NCBI GenBank assembly: GCA_038087875.1
Contig: CM075999.1
Span: 808,001 to 872,000, forward strand
From: Malacoraja senta
Lineage: Eukaryota
Direction of reading: 5' to 3'
Length of the DNA stretch: 64,000 nt
Position 1 is the first letter of the stretch; every line of letters begins with the position of its first letter. Position numbers and translations under genes: made by a program. Shown here in pieces: positions 48,882 through 63,506 of the stretch. Under the pieces are notes generated by a model. The model did not search any database, was not told the origin of the DNA, and was given only the letters and a program-made list of their open reading frames with translations.

Positions 48882-50172
48882 GAAACATTAAAGATAAATA
48901 ACAACCACGTCAATAATAGTGGAATTTAAGCGGAAGAAAGCACACCAGTGTGATTACATAGTTATATTTAATTAAATTAAAACTTGAAAATCGTGAATGT
49001 AAAATGAATGCAATGCAGTAGAACACATTCTCTGAGTTATGTAGATGTGAAGAAGGGCTTGTCTGTAAAATCAAATAATTGAGATGTTGTAGTGTAAAGT
49101 GGCAGGCTTTCCTGCATGATTTGGACTTACAGTGTACTTAGAAAGGTGCATACATCAGAAGACCTGACTACTACATACAATGAAGGCAACCTTCCTGGAA
49201 AGGACATATTTTGTCAAAAGGTTCCTCACACCTCTGAAAAATCAAGCATGGACATTATAACTGTAACTGTGATGAGCCCCTTGAAACCTGGCCAAGAAGG
49301 GGAATAGCTCTCAAGGCAGGGTAATACCCTTCTAAGTGACAAAAGTACAGACTGCAAGTGGGGCTCAGAGCAAAGATGCATGCATTTTGCCACAGTGGCA
49401 ATTAAAGTATTTCATTAAGCATTATTTTTAAATTCCTCTGAAGCTATGATGATTACCCCTAAAATATTCTGTAACGTATCGATATATTTTATAATTCAAA
49501 GATTTGTCTGAAATTGGCAATTCATTTTGTGCTGCTGATTGATTGACTGTTTTAGCTAATAACAGAGAAGTATCAATCTTACTTAACACTAATTGTTCAG
49601 TTCTCTTTCTCCTTAAGATCTATTCAAACAAAAGATTATAGTTAAAAATTGCCTACATTTTGTGAGGATAAAACTCTCCTTTCTGTATTTTATAGAAGGG
49701 ATAAATACATTCCACTTCATGATAGAATGCTCAGGCAAAGATTAAGTCAAATGAAATGCAGTGATAAATTATAAACAGATTAAAGTTTGTAAGTTTTGAG
49801 TGTTTCTCTGAGTGCATCATTTGCACTCATGTTTCATTTACAGTCAGACATTTTGGATAGAAATTTAACTGTTTTAACTCCGTTTCTGAAAAAAAATCAA
49901 TGGATACAAATTTCCAAAGCACTGTACAACATGTATTCTCCAGTTTATTGCATAAAAGCAGGTATAAATTTCTCCATATTGTCTCAAATTCTAATGACCT
50001 ATAATCTATTTTAACAAATCTTTTGGAAATGCACTTTGATAGTAATGTTATTGTTGTGTTTTTGATAGAAACATTATATATTTCTAAAAGTAAGGTATTT
50101 TGAAATAATTTAGATATGAGTATTTATCAAAATATTATTTTTCTGTGCTTATTTTTCTTGTCATATAGCAAG

Positions 50173-50178
50173 AATAAA
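50173..50178 (+). terminator. Probable polyadenylation signal ending a ~1.3 kb AT-rich 3' UTR
   Basis: AATAAA followed about 15-30 nt later by a GT/T-rich element (gttgcttcgtgtttttttt). Confidence 0.65.
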
Positions 50179-50979
50179 GTAAACTCTAAACGTTGCTTCG
50201 TGTTTTTTTTAACAGCATCATTATATGTTAAAAATGTAATATAAATTCAAAATGTACATTTTCTTCAAGTTGAGAATTTTGTTTTAAATGCTGGAAATAT
50301 CCCCTTCTGAGCTTTTTCAGCATTTACAACAAAATAAGGGTGGCACAGCCTCATAGCACCAGCGACCCAGGTTCAATCCTAACCTCGGGTGCTGTCTGTG
50401 TGGAGTTTGCATGTTCTCCCTGTGACCATGTGGGATTTCCTCCAGGTCCTCTCACATTCCAAAGACAATATATTCATGTGCTAGGAGCATTAGAGTTAAT
50501 TCAACAAGTCTGTTAACACGGATGCCGTGACATTAAAAACAATCACCTAGAACCCGTGAAGGTTGGTATCATGCCTTACCACCCTTTCTGACACCACATG
50601 CAGGTTCTCTAGCATTCCCACCAACGCACCAAATTATAGTCTTCTTAAGTGGGCTTCCTCAGTGAAGTCATCGTCCAAGTCTCTGATTTACCTGGGACCT
50701 AGCTCCCTAGCCATGACTGCAGATCAGTCATGCTGAAGACGATCAAGTCTATGAGATAATTTCTAAGGTAATTAATATGTCAATTTGTGAGATGATCGAA
50801 CAGACAAGGCCAAATCAAATGGTGATATTTCTTCATCTTCACTCTTTTTGCACACCAAGGCTGGGCTAAGTGTAATTCTTGGTAACGCAAGAGATCGTGG
50901 ATGCTGCAAAATAACAAACTGCTCGAGGAAATCTGCAGGTCAGGCAACATCTGTAGAACCAGAGGGATGGTCGAAATTT

Positions 50980-51960
50980 CATAAGGTCATGAGGTCATGT
51001 GATAGGAGAATTAGGCCATTTGGTCCATCAAGTCTACTCTGCCATTCAATGATGACTGATCTATCTCTCCTAATCCCCATCTCCTGCCTTCTCCACCTGA
51101 AACTTGTATATATCAAGAATCTATCTATCTCTGCCTTAAAAATATTCACTGACGGCCTCCATAGTCTTCTGTGGCAAGCATTCCACAAATTCACCACCAT
51201 GTGACTAAAGAAATTTCTCCTCATCTCCTCCCTAAAAGAACATCCTTTAATTTGAGGCTATGACCTCTAGTCCTGGACTAGTGGAAGCATCCTCTCCACA
51301 TCCACTCTATCCAAGACTTTCACTATTCTGTATATTTCAATGAGGTTCCTCCTCATTCTTCTAAACGCCAACAAGTACAGGCCCAGTGCCGACAAACATA
51401 GGTTAGCCGACTCATTCCTGGGATCATTCTTGTAAACCTCCTCTGGACCCTCTCCAGAGCCAGCGCATTCTTCCTCAGATATGATGCCCCAAATTGCTCA
51501 CAATATTCCAAATCCAGCCTTAACAGCTCCTTATAGAGCCTCAGCATTACATCCCTGTTTTTGTTTACAAGCCGTCTTGAAATAAATGCAAGTATTGAGT
51601 TTGCTTTCTTTACTACCAATTCGACTTGCAGATTAACTTTTTGAGAATCCTGCACCAGCACTCCCAAGTCCCTTTGCACCTCCGATGTCTGGATTATCTC
51701 CCCATTTAGAAAATAGTTTATGCCTTTATTCCCACTGTCAAAATGCATGACTCCACACTTTGCTGCACTATATTCCATCTGCCACCTCTGCCCACTCTCC
51801 CAACCTGTCCAAGTCCTCTGCAGAGTCCCTGCTTTCTCGACACCACCTGCCCTTCCACCTATTTTCGTATCATCCGCAAACTTGGCCACAAAGCCTTCAA
51901 TCCCCTTGTCCAAATCATTCATATACAATGTGAAGAGTAGCAGCCCCAGCACTGACCCTT
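50980..51960 (-). mobile_element. CR1-like LINE 3' fragment
   Basis: PQGSVLGLLLFTLYMNDL..KFADDTKIGG; LERVQRRFTRMIPG; RRNFFSH.VVNLWN. Confidence 0.88.
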
Positions 51961-52754
51961 GTGGGTTTCGGGTTGAGATCTTGCCACAACACTGAAAATG
52001 TAAAGTGTAGATATGAGGGGGAGCTGGGGGTGTGTGGACAATAGATGGAAACAGTTGAGGAGTGCTTGCAATTTTTCTCTGAATGGAGATAGACGTAAAG
52101 ATGGTAATATGCTGAGGTGAGAAATCAATGATTGTTTGCATTAATCATTCCTGCAAATAATGGAAAGAATTTGGATTCTGCAAGTGAACCATTTGCTACT
52201 GATTATTAAGCTTTTAACCTGCTCTAATAGCCATAGTTCGTAGTTGAAATGCTGGAATCTGAGTAGTTCAGCTCATCAGAGGGGAGATAAAAACAAAGAT
52301 TATGCTTCAGATTAACGCTTTCATCGTGAGAAAAGTTAAAGAACAAGTCTGTTTTAAATTGCAGAGGCGAGGTGGAGAGAGCAATGATAATGTTTGCAGT
52401 CGGGTGGAGTCCAGGAATGTGCAAGTGTTGTTCAATAACTGGTGTAATTAACTCACGGTGACGCCCAGATTGTTCACAACTAGCTGAGGTGATTAGCTTG
52501 GGCCTATTTCCTTCGCTCCATAGATGCTGCTGCACCCGCTGAGTTTCTCCAGCATTTTTGTGTACCTTCGAGGTGATTAGCTTACTGTCCGGCACTTGTG
52601 TGATTCAAACAAAACTAGCCATACCCTATTATTAATTCTTCCATAAACAGTTGCTTTCCTTTGAATGGAATCCTTGGAAGTACATCTTAAAGCAATTAAG
52701 CCAGTGCCAATCCCCTTTGAATGTAAATTAAATGCAACAGAAGTAGAGTCTCAA

Positions 52755-53175
52755 CTAAGACACAAAATGCTGGAGTAACCCAGTGGGTCAGGCAGCATCT
52801 CTGGAGAACATGGATAACTGACGTTGCGGATCGGTACCCTTCTTTCGACTGATTGTGGGGGAGCCGGGGGCCGGGGGAGAGAAAGCTGGAAGAGAGGAGT
52901 GGTAAGATAAAGCCTGATGAGTGATAGGTTGATATGAGTGAAGGGGGGGGGGGTTTGGGGTTTGATAAACATATGGTTGGACAAAAGTCAGAGATGAAAA
53001 GTCAAAAGGTGTGAGATAAGAATTGATGTGCAAATTATGAGGGCAGAGAGGAAAAGAGGTAGAAGGGGAGGGACAGGGGGAAAAAGGGGATGCATCCTGG
53101 TGAGACCCAGGAAGAGGGGGCGTGGGAGGGGGAAGGGAGAAGGGGAGGGTTAGTAGAAGTAGAGTCTACTTGGGC
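52755..53175 (-). mobile_element. Penelope-like 3' tail with purine-rich spacer
   Basis: gacacaaaatgctggagtaa...ggcagcatctctggaga tail, same organisation as 8055-8340. Confidence 0.6.
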
Positions 53176-54018
53176 TGCTGTGGCACGTGCATAACTCTGA
53201 GAATGAGAACCACTCACAGGGCCCAAGTCAAAACCATCATTCATGCAGTCGAGATCAGGTCAAGAACTGAAAATCAGTGATCTCTGGAGTGAAACACAAC
53301 CATTTCCAGAATGAACTCGGGAGAAATTCAACTAGGCCACATAAAAACCCTTGAAGTATTGCTCTGGAAATGAGGTTACAATTGTTCATAATTTCTGCAG
53401 AGCTCCTTCCGCTATTTAAAAAGAGCATATTGAAACAAACCCAGAACTGAAAACCCAGCACAATGTCTTGTAAACTATCAGTCCTCCTTGAGACTTAAGG
53501 CAATAGAGAATTGTGCAGAACGTGGCTGAAACAACCACATTTTCTAACAAAAATAGGTGGCTCCTTGGCCCATCAAGTCACTAAACATTTTAACTGCACT
53601 TGAATGCATTCACAGCTAGTTCTTTCTTGTATTCTGTTCTGTGACTTTAATATATGTTCTATCGAGTGCCAATTCTGTTAACAAATTGATTTACAAGTTT
53701 ACTTTCTACTGAAACTTTCTGTTAAGAAAACCTAACCATTAAATCAACATTTGCACAGCAACTCAAATTTGAATGTTGTCCAGCCTTGCTACCTGTTGGC
53801 ATAGGTTCCAACAATTTCTAAAGAACTGGAACAGGAACTGACCAATGAGCAGATCAATGCTAATTGTGACTTGTGGGAGTAACAAAATGCCACTACCAGC
53901 AATCAGCATCTCACAAATGAATCAAATCATCCATCAGACTGAATGGCAAATACTGGCACGGGTGTGGCTCTGTGTCATTGCAGAATTCACCTGCTGGATG
54001 TGTACAATGACAAGTTTC

Positions 54019-55333
54019 TAGCCGGCAGGGTTGCCCTCTCTCACCTGTCTCGTTCGTCTGTTGTATTGAACATTTTGTCGAGTCCATCAGGAAGGACGCG
54101 AGCATTAGAGGAGTGACATTGCCAGGCTATGGGGGCACTCAGGTCAAAGCCGGACTGTACATGGACAATGTCGCCGTCTTCTGCTCGGATCCAAGGTCGG
54201 TCCGCAGATTGATTAACGTCTGCGAACAGTTTGAGTCGGCCACGGGAGCCAGGGCGAATCGCAGGAAGAGCGTGGTCATGCTCTTTGGCAACTGGCCCGA
54301 CCGATCTTCAGTCCCCTTCACCATCAAGCCTGACTTCTGGAAGGTACTGGGGATCTGGTTCGGGGGGGGGGGGGGGGGCGCCGAGGCGTGTGACAAGAAT
54401 TGGCTGGAGCAAATACCCAAGGTGGGGAAGAAACTGGAGCTATGGAAGCAGCGTTCCCTCTCATGGGAAAAAATGTGGTCATCAGGTGTGAGGTGATCTC
54501 GGGGCTGCTGTACCTGGCGCAAGTGTGGCCTGTCCCACCCTCCTACGCCACAGGGATCACCCAGGCCATCTTCCAGTTCATCTGGGGGTCGAGGATTGAC
54601 TGGGTGCGACGGGCCACAATGCACAAGTCAACAAAAGCGTGCCCAACGTTGCCCTCACCATGATGGTCACCTTCGTGTCTGCATCAGGCAGAGCGTAGAG
54701 CCAAGGCATGTGGGCAGGAAGTGTCACTACCTGCTGAGGTTCTACCTGTCCCCGGTGGTGTGAAGGATGGGCCTGACTCAGATGCCAAGAAATGTGCCAG
54801 TCAGCTGGACATTGCCGCACCATCTGTCGCTCATGGAAAGGTTCTTCCAGACCAACACGTTTGACCATGTCCATCGGGCAGTGGTCAGGCACTACAGGGA
54901 AATGACTCCATGGATCCTGTGTTGTGGTTCCCAGAGCAGACTGCCCAGCTTGTCTGACGAAATGCCTCATCGCCAGAACTCACCAACAAGCACCAAGACC
55001 TGGCTTGGCTGGTGGTGAGGGGAGCCCTCCCAGTCAGATCCTTCCTGCACCGCCGGAACCTCACTACCAGTGCACGCTGCCCTCGGGATGGCTGTTATGG
55101 AGGGGAGACGGTTGCCCACTTCTTTGCAGAGGGTGGATTTGCAAAGCAGGACTGGAGAGGTTTGCAAGGGTCTCTGTCACGATTTATTCCGAACAGCTCT
55201 GTCAAAGTGGACAGTGTGTAAACAGTATTGAATGTTTGTATAGCCTCCGAAAATGTCGGATTACTTTTTTTCAAGGTTCCTGTATTGTATATATTTATTT
55301 CTTGAATAAAGTCTATTTTTAAAATTTAAAAAA
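54019..55333 (+). mobile_element. Tx1/L1-clade LINE 3' fragment, frameshifted
   Basis: RQGCPLSP, YMDNV (RT YxDD site), ALPVRSFL...CPRDGC...ETVAH knuckle; ends aataaa plus A-rich tail. Confidence 0.85.
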
Positions 55334-56399
55334 GACTATCCAGAATTCCTCAAGGAAAACTGTCTCTCAAATCCTACACCAGCCAAATGTGGCAGAGGAT
55401 CAGAACCCACATCTCAGTTTCAGCATACAGTATGGCTGGAATGGGTGTGTTGTCTTCCAACAGGTGAAGCTTGAATCTGCTGGAGATTGGTCATGGAGCA
55501 GGTAGTTCTAGAGTATAAATCCTCAACCCTATAAACAGGCTGTTGTCTTGTCCCATGGTCTTTCTTATATCCAGGGAGCTCAGCCGTTTCCTGATATCCT
55601 GTCAGGTACTGAACGTGGCGTCCTGCAGAGGAGGCTGATATGAATCATCCACTCAGCATTTCTGGCAGAAAAAAAAAGATCTGTGAATAATTCTGCTTTG
55701 ATTTATGGACAAACGATACGTTCTGCCAACATGAGGCTGTAGCAGAAATGCAGAGCTTTGATCCAATCACTTGGTTATAGCATTGATTTGCTCTTTCTAT
55801 AGTAAGCTGCTGTCACGGTAGTCTTTGTAATCCTGCACTGTATTTTCATCATACTGTCACAATAACACAAGAAAATAGGAACAGGTATAGACCACCAGGC
55901 CTTAAAAACTTGCCCCACCATTCAACAACATCATGGATGGTTTACATTCAATTCCTCGACGTTTCACAAATGTATCTATCTTCACCTTAAATACTTCTGA
56001 TGACCTAGCTTCCTTTGGGATAGAGATTTCCAGAGATTCACCACCCTCTGAAAAAATATATTTCTACAGCTAGTAACCATGTCCTCATCAATGCAATTGC
56101 TGTAGAGATGGTCAAAAACTTCAAGTTCTTAGGCAATCAATCTAACCTGGTCCCTCCATACTGAAGTGGTGATCAAGCAAGCACATCAGCCTATTTATTT
56201 TCTTATTTTCCTGGGCATGTTTGTGAAGATTATCTTGAACTTCTACATTCTGCTCCTTGCATTACCTGTTGTACTTGTGTATATGACTTCGTAGCACACA
56301 AAGATTATGACTGTATCTTAGAACACATGATAATAATTAACCAATGGGATACCAAAACATTAGTTTCTTTTTGCATAAATGGTGCTCAACCGGCTGAGC

Positions 56400-58105
56400 A
56401 ATAGACAATAGACAATAGACAATAGGTGCAGGACTAGGCCATTCGGCCCTTCGAGCCAGCACCGCCATACACTGTGATCATGGCTGATCATCCACAATCA
56501 GTACGCCGTTCCTGCCTTCTCCCCACTCCGCTATCTTTAAGAGCTCTATCTAACTCTCTCTTGAAAGCCACCAGAGAATTGGCCTCCACTGCCTTCTGAG
56601 GCAGTGAATTCCACAGATTCACAACTCTCTGTGTGTAAAAGTTGTTTCTCATCACCATTCTAAATGGCTTACCCCTTATTCTTAAACTGTGGCCCCTGGT
56701 TCTGGACTCTCCCAACATCAGGAACATGTTTCCTGCCTCTAGCATGCCCAAACCCTTAGTAATCTTATATGTTTCAATAAGATTCCCTCTCAACCTAAAT
56801 TCAAGAATATACACGCCTAGCCGCTCCATTCTATCAACATATGAAAGTCCCGCCATCCCGGGAAATAACCTCGTGAACCTACGCAGCACTTCCTCAGTAG
56901 CAAGAATGTCCTTCCTCAAATTTGGAGACCAAAATAGCACACAATACTCCAGGTTTGGTCTCACTAGGGCCCTGTAAAACTGCAGAAGGAACTCTTTGCT
57001 CCTATACACAACTCCTCTTGTTATGAAGGCCAACATGCCATTCGCTTTCTTCACTGCCTGCTGTACCTGCATGCTTACTTTCAGTGAGTGATGAACAAGG
57101 ACCCCCAGATCCCGTTGTACTTCCCCTTTTCCCAACTTGACACCATTCAGATACTAATCTGCCTTCCTGTTTTTGCCACCAAAGTGGATAACCTCATATT
57201 TATGCCCATTAAACTGCATCTGCCATGCATATGCCCACTCACCCAACCTGTCCAAGTCACCCTGCATCCTCATAGCATCCTCCTCCTCAGTTCACCCTGC
57301 CACCCAGCTTTGTGGCATCTGCAAATTTGCTAATGTTACTTTGAATCCCTTCATCTAAATCATTGATGTATATTGTAAATAGCTGCGGTCCCTGCACCGA
57401 GCCTTGCGATACCCCACTAATCACCGTCTGCCATTCTGAAAGGGACCCGTTTATTCCTACTCTGTGTTTCTTGTCTGCCAACCAATTTTCTATCCGTCAG
57501 TACCCTACCCCCAATACCTTGTGCTCTAATTTTGCCCACTAATCTCCTAAGTGGGACCTTATCAAATGCTTTCTGAAAGTCCAGGTACACTACATCCACT
57601 GGTTCTCCCTTGTCCATTTCCCTAGTTACATCCTCAAAGAATTCCAGAAGATTTGACAAGCATGAATTCCCCGTTGTAAATCCATGCTGAATCAGAATGA
57701 TCCTGCTACTGCTTTCCAAATGTGCGGCTATTTTTTATCTTTTATCTTTTTATCTTTTTCAATTTTTTTAATTGACTCCAGCATCTTCCCCACCACCAAT
57801 GTCAGGCTAACTGGTCTATAATTCCCTGTTTTCTCTCTCCTGCCTTTCTTAAAAAGTGGGATAACATTAGCTACCCTCCAATCCACAGGAACTGATCCTG
57901 AATCTATAGACCAATGTGTCCACGATTTCCAGAGCCACTTCCTTAAGTACCCTGGGATGCAGACCATCAGGCCCTGGGGATTTATCAGCCTTAAGTCCCA
58001 TCAGTCTACCCAACACCATTTCCTGCCTTTTTTGAATTTCCTTCAGTTCCTCCATCACCCTAGATCCTCTGGGCACTAGTACATCAGGGAGATTGTTTGT
58101 GCCTT
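56400..58105 (-). mobile_element. CR1-like LINE, ~1.7 kb 3' part of ORF2
   Basis: KSPGPDGLHPRVLKE; NYRPVSLT; QHGF; YLDFQKAFDKV; KFADAT; (aatagac)n 3' tail. Confidence 0.92.
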
Positions 58106-58659
58106 TTAGCATTTCTATTTTGGCTTCAGATTTCAGCGTCTTCATTTTTGTTTGTTTTTCCAATTGTTTAGATACAGTGTAGAAACAAGCCCTTCGGCCC
58201 ACTGAGTACATGACAACAATCAATAACCCATTCCTTCTAGTTCTATGTTCGACCACTTCGGCATCATAGAAACATAGAAAATAGGTGCAGGAGGAGGCCA
58301 TTCGGCCCTTCGAGCCAGCACGGCTATTCATTGTGATCATGGCTGATCGTCCCCTATCAATAACCCGTGCCTGCCTTCTCCCCATATCCCTTGACTCCAC
58401 TAACCCCTAGAGCTCTATCTAACTCTCTCTTAAATCCATCCAGTGACTTGGCTTCCACTGCCCTCTGTAAATTCACAACTCTCTGGGTGAAAAAGAGAGT
58501 TGTGAATTTCTGTTCTGAAATCATATCTGTTTTTTTTCTGTTTTTTTAAAATGGCACCAAAATTGTGGCAACTGTGCAGTTGTCGTTTTGCAAAATAATT
58601 TTGCTGTCCTTTGCATACGTGACAATAAAGATCCATTGAACCATTGAATCATTGAGCAT

Positions 58660-58860
58660 CTACTCCCTACACACCACATGCCAATTAACCCGCAAAACCA
58701 CAGGTCCTTGGGATCTGGGAGGAAACCGGAGCACCCAGAGAAAACCCATGCAGTCACAAGGAGAAGGTGCACACTCAACACAGACAGCACCCAAAGACAG
58801 GGCTGAACCCGGGTCTCTAGCGCTGTGAGTCAGCAGCTCTACCACTTCACCATGGTGCCA
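58660..58860 (-). mobile_element. tRNA-derived SINE
   Basis: Minus strand ggtagagctgctgactcacagcgctagagacccgggttc (A/B-box-like head). Confidence 0.7.
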
Positions 58861-59139
58861 CTCTTATTTTGCCTGATGAATTGCCTTTGGACTACCTCCA
58901 ATGTAACTATTTGTTCAGGTAAGGGGACTAAAATTGTTTTCTAGGTGTGGCTTCACCAACACCCTACACAAATCCAATAAATGCTTCCTATTTTTAAAAC
59001 TCCAAGCCCTGTGCAATGAGGATCAACGTACCAATTGCTTTAATAACTACTTGCTCAACCTGCCGTTTTGTGATTCATACACTAAAACACTTAGATCCCT
59101 CTGAACTTCACTCCTTTAGTTAAGTTTAGTTTAGTTTAG

Positions 59140-59425
59140 AGATGCAGCAGGAAAACAGGCCCTTCGGCCCACCGAGTCCGTGCTGACAACTGATCCCCAC
59201 ACATTACATTATCCCAAACACATCAGGGACAATTTAAAATTATACCAAGCCAATTAACCTATAAACCTGCACATCTTTGGAGTGTGGGAGGAAACTGAAG
59301 ATTGTGGAGAAAACCCACACAGACAGTCACGGGGAGACGGACAAACTCCATACTGACAGCACCCGTAGTCAGGATCGAACCCTGGTCTCTGGTGCTGCAA
59401 GGCAGCAACTCAACTGCTGCGCTAC
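59140..59425 (-). mobile_element. tRNA-derived SINE with LINE-like tail
   Basis: Head gcgcagcagttgagttgctgcc...gggttcgatcc; (ctaaa)n tail. Confidence 0.72.
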
Positions 59426-62029
59426 TAATAGGAACCTGAGGGGCAGAGGATGGTGAGTGCATGGAACCCGCTGCCAGGGGTGGTGGTTGAAGCAGATGTG
59501 TTAGTGGCATTTAAAAGACTTTTGGATAGACATGTGGAACCTGGGTCTCTAGTGCTGTAAGGCAGCAACTCTACCGCTGCCCAACCCTGCTGCCCTGTCT
59601 GCTGTCCGTTTCCACTAAGATTAATAATTTGCTTCTTGTTCCTCCTACTGAAGCGCATGAGCTCACACTTCCCCACATTTAACTCCATTTACTAGATTTT
59701 TGCCAATTATACAATCTATCTTTATCCCATCGCAAGGTCACAAAATCCACATCACAACAAGTTCTTCCGCCCATTTTTGTATCATTCATAAACTTAGATA
59801 CTTCATATTTTGCATTAATAAATAATAAATAAATGAGGATCCAGAACTAATCCCTCTGGGTTTCCTCTAGTAACATCCTTCCAACCTGAAAAAGAAACAT
59901 GTATTCCAAAAAAAGACAAAAAGTTATGGAATAACTCAGTGGGTCAGGCAGCATCTCTGGAGAACATGGATAGGCGACCAGAGATGCAGCCTGACCCACT
60001 GAGTTACTCCAGCACTTTGTATCATTTTGTAAACCAATATCTGCAGTTCCTTGTGTCCACATTTGTTTCAACTCTCTGTTTGCTACGGGATAGCCTTTTA
60101 TCAACTGCTAACACATTACAGCCAATATCATACGCTCTTAATTAATGCATCAGCCACTCATGCAGCACCTTGTTTTCGGAAGATACAACAGTACCTATTA
60201 GAAAGGCTCATGAATATACAAGGAATGGAGAGATATAGAACAGGTGCAGGCAGATGAGATTGGGTTATCTTGACATTATGGCCAGCAAATACATTGTGGG
60301 CTGAATAGATAATGCATTTGCTGTAGCGTTCTATGTTCTTGTCAAAATCCTTTTGAAAATCTAAATAAATTACATTCCCGTTTTAGGTAAGGGAACCAAA
60401 ATGGTGCAGTTTTCCAAGTGAGATCTCACCAACACGCTACAAAATTATAATAAAACGTATGTCCTTTCATGACGTGCCATGCTTTGTCCTGTCCCTCCAC
60501 TCTTCTAGCTTTCTTTCCCCCACTCCTGCAATCAGTTTGAAGACAGGTTCCGACCGGAAATGTCACCTATCCATATTCTCCAGAGATGCTGTCTTACTCC
60601 AGCTTTTTGTGTTTTTCATGATAAATCAGCATCTGCAGTTCCTTGTTTCTACATCATAATAACACTTTCTTAATTCTAATCTCCAACACCTTTGCAGTAA
60701 AGGTCAATATGCCGTTTTCACTCTTGACTAACAATCTGCTGGAGGAGCTCAGAGTCGAGCATCGTCCGGGGATGAAATGAAATGCTGAGAGCTTTGTGTC
60801 AAAATCCTGCATCAATCCTGATACTGATGCTGCTTATTCTTCTCAGCAGATTGTTTGTTTGTCCAAATTCCAGCATCTGCAGTCACTTGACCTGCGTCTT
60901 AATTACTTGTTAGAACTGCTAACTTTTAGCAATTCAGGTGCAATGTCATCTAAATCCCTTTCTACGTCATTCTAATAATAAATGAAAAAATAGATCATGC
61001 CATGTATTTGGTTATATAAACTGCACAGAATAAGACAAATATAAGTTACTTGTTCCAGAATGTTCACAATCTAATGAATGAATGAATAGGAATGAATAGT
61101 TTATTTCAGTCATACATTAAAAAGAACAAAACTTTACAATCTGTGTGAATATGAACCAACACTGTATCCATTTCACACAACGTTCACATAATCAATGACC
61201 GAAAAAGGAATAGGCTGAAGCCACAAAGCTTATTTTTACCTATCCTATACAAGATCCTATCTACACAAGATGTTACATTTTTCAGTACATATTGGGGTTA
61301 GATAAAGGCAAGAGATCAATTTTTTACATATTTTTAAAAATGTTTCAAATAGTAATTATCACTGAGAATGCATTCATCAACTTAATGTCAAGTGCAGGGA
61401 GTGGCTTTCACCAGGAGTATTGTGGAACAATATTATGCCAGACTAATGATTTAATTAACTAACTCATAAATGTAAGGTAAACTCATAAATGTAAGGAGTG
61501 GCAAACACAAAAGACTGGCACAAACAAATACCCAAGAATGCTCAGAGCAATGTAAATACCAAAGCTGATCGGATGACCATGTGACCGGAGTAACACGTAC
61601 CACATTGTTTGATTAGTGATATAATCCATCTCTTTACATCTTTCTCCATAAAAAATAAGACTTCACTCATTAAATAAGCAAATGATCACAACAGATGCTA
61701 CAAAACCACATGGTCCTTCCTAGGTCGCCAGTGCTGAACAACTCAGGCAAAGCCTGATTCAGCTGTTGCAGCAGGTCCAAATGGAAATGCTTCATAGTGA
61801 TTAACTTCTTCCAACTCCTGCGTGAAATCACAGGATTAACCACTACTGTATATGGTCAGCTCCGTGTGTTGATCAATATCAAAAGATTTTATATCACTGA
61901 TTGAAATCAGTGGTCCTGTTGCATGCCAAAATTGTTCTTGCTCTCTGTTTAGGTACAGGCTATTCTTTTCCATAGCTACACTTTATGAATTCTTAATATG
62001 TTTTCATCAAGACCAGGGTACAAGTCTGT

Positions 62030-62418
62030 CATAGATACATAGAAAATATGTGGAGGAGTAGGCCATTCGGCCCTTCGAGCCTGCACCGCCATTCAATATG
62101 ATCATGGCTGATCATCCAACTCAGTATCGCGTACCTGCCTTCTCTCCATACCCCCTGATCCCCTTAGCCACAAGGGCCACATCTAACTCCCTCTTAAATA
62201 TAGCCAATGAACTGGCCTCAACTACCCTCTGTGGCAGTTCCAGAGATTCACCACTCTCTGTGTGAAAAAGTTTTTCCTCATCTCGGTCTTAAAGGATTTC
62301 CCCCTTATCCTTAAGCTGTGACCCCTTGTCCTGGACTTCCCCAACATCGGGAACAATCTTCCTGCATCTAGCCTGTCCAACCCCATAAGAATTTTGTACG
62401 TTTCTATAAGATCCCCTG
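62030..62418 (-). mobile_element. CR1-like LINE 3' fragment
   Basis: GDLIETYKIL.GLDRLDAGRLFP...RTRGHSL..FFTQRVVNLWN; close to 43670-44060. Confidence 0.85.
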
Positions 62419-63506
62419 TCAAGACAGAAAAAGAGTCTCGACCCCAAAAGTCACCTATTCCTTTTCTCCAGAAATGCTGCCTGACCTGCTGAGTTACTCT
62501 CACAGTTCATGCCTATCTTAGGTGGAACTCACATGTCCTCCAGGATTACTACACTCGTGTGTCTTTCTACTTACCATGAAGCATTAAACTGACAGCCTAA
62601 GAGACTTCCTTGGGTTTACATGCCACACACACATTTGATCCTCTGGACTCACCAACAACTTTAACTTGTGCCTCCATGCTCCCTGCTGCAAGTAAAAGTC
62701 CACCTGCTTTCTTTGCTTGTTCTGATTTCACACCTTGAAAATTCTTATTCCACACTCAAGTTTGTCTCATTGTAGACATGAGACACTGCAGTTTGCTGTA
62801 ATCAAGAGCAAAAGCAAACTACTGAGGAACTCAACGGTTCAGGCAGCATCTGTGGGGGGGTGGAAATTGCTGACCTTTCGGTTGAGACCCAGCATCAGGA
62901 CTGATCATCCTGCATCAGGACTAAGGGAAGGGATACCGAGTCCAAGGAGGTGAGAGGGAGGCGTGAAACAGGAGGTGATGAGCAGAAGGAGCTGGGAGGG
63001 GTGAGCAGTTGGGAGATAGTGGCAGATGGGTGATGTGGAAGCAGACAAGGAAGAAAAGAGGGCAGATGGAGCCTGGTGGGGAAAGAGAAGGCTGAAAGTG
63101 AAAACAGAGGTTAGAGGGTGATAAGCAGGAGCAGAAAGACTACGTGTTGGAATATGAAAAGGAAGCAAGGTGTTAAGGGGGAACAATTTAAGGGAGAGAC
63201 AAATGACAAATTGAACAAGATGGAAGGGGGATCTAGTAGCTGTAGTTTGTGGGTATTAGGGAATGAAAATGTGAGATGGGGGCTTGAGAGGGGGAATGAG
63301 AGAGGAAACGTAAACGTGAGGACCAAAGGTGGATCGGAAGAAGAGAGGGAAAACAGGAAATAAGGGTTACCTGAAATTGGAAATTTGAATGTTCATACCA
63401 TTGGGTTGTTGAGTATCCAAGTGGAATATAAGTTGTTGGTCTTCTAGTTTGGATTGGGCCTCACTTAGGCAATGCAAGAATCTGAGGACAGGTTGATTTG
63501 GGAATG

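Noticed and set aside
51353..52141. Longest ORFs (262 aa here, 215 aa at 56488-57135) as host genes
   Set aside because: CR1-like reverse transcriptase fragments with frameshifts
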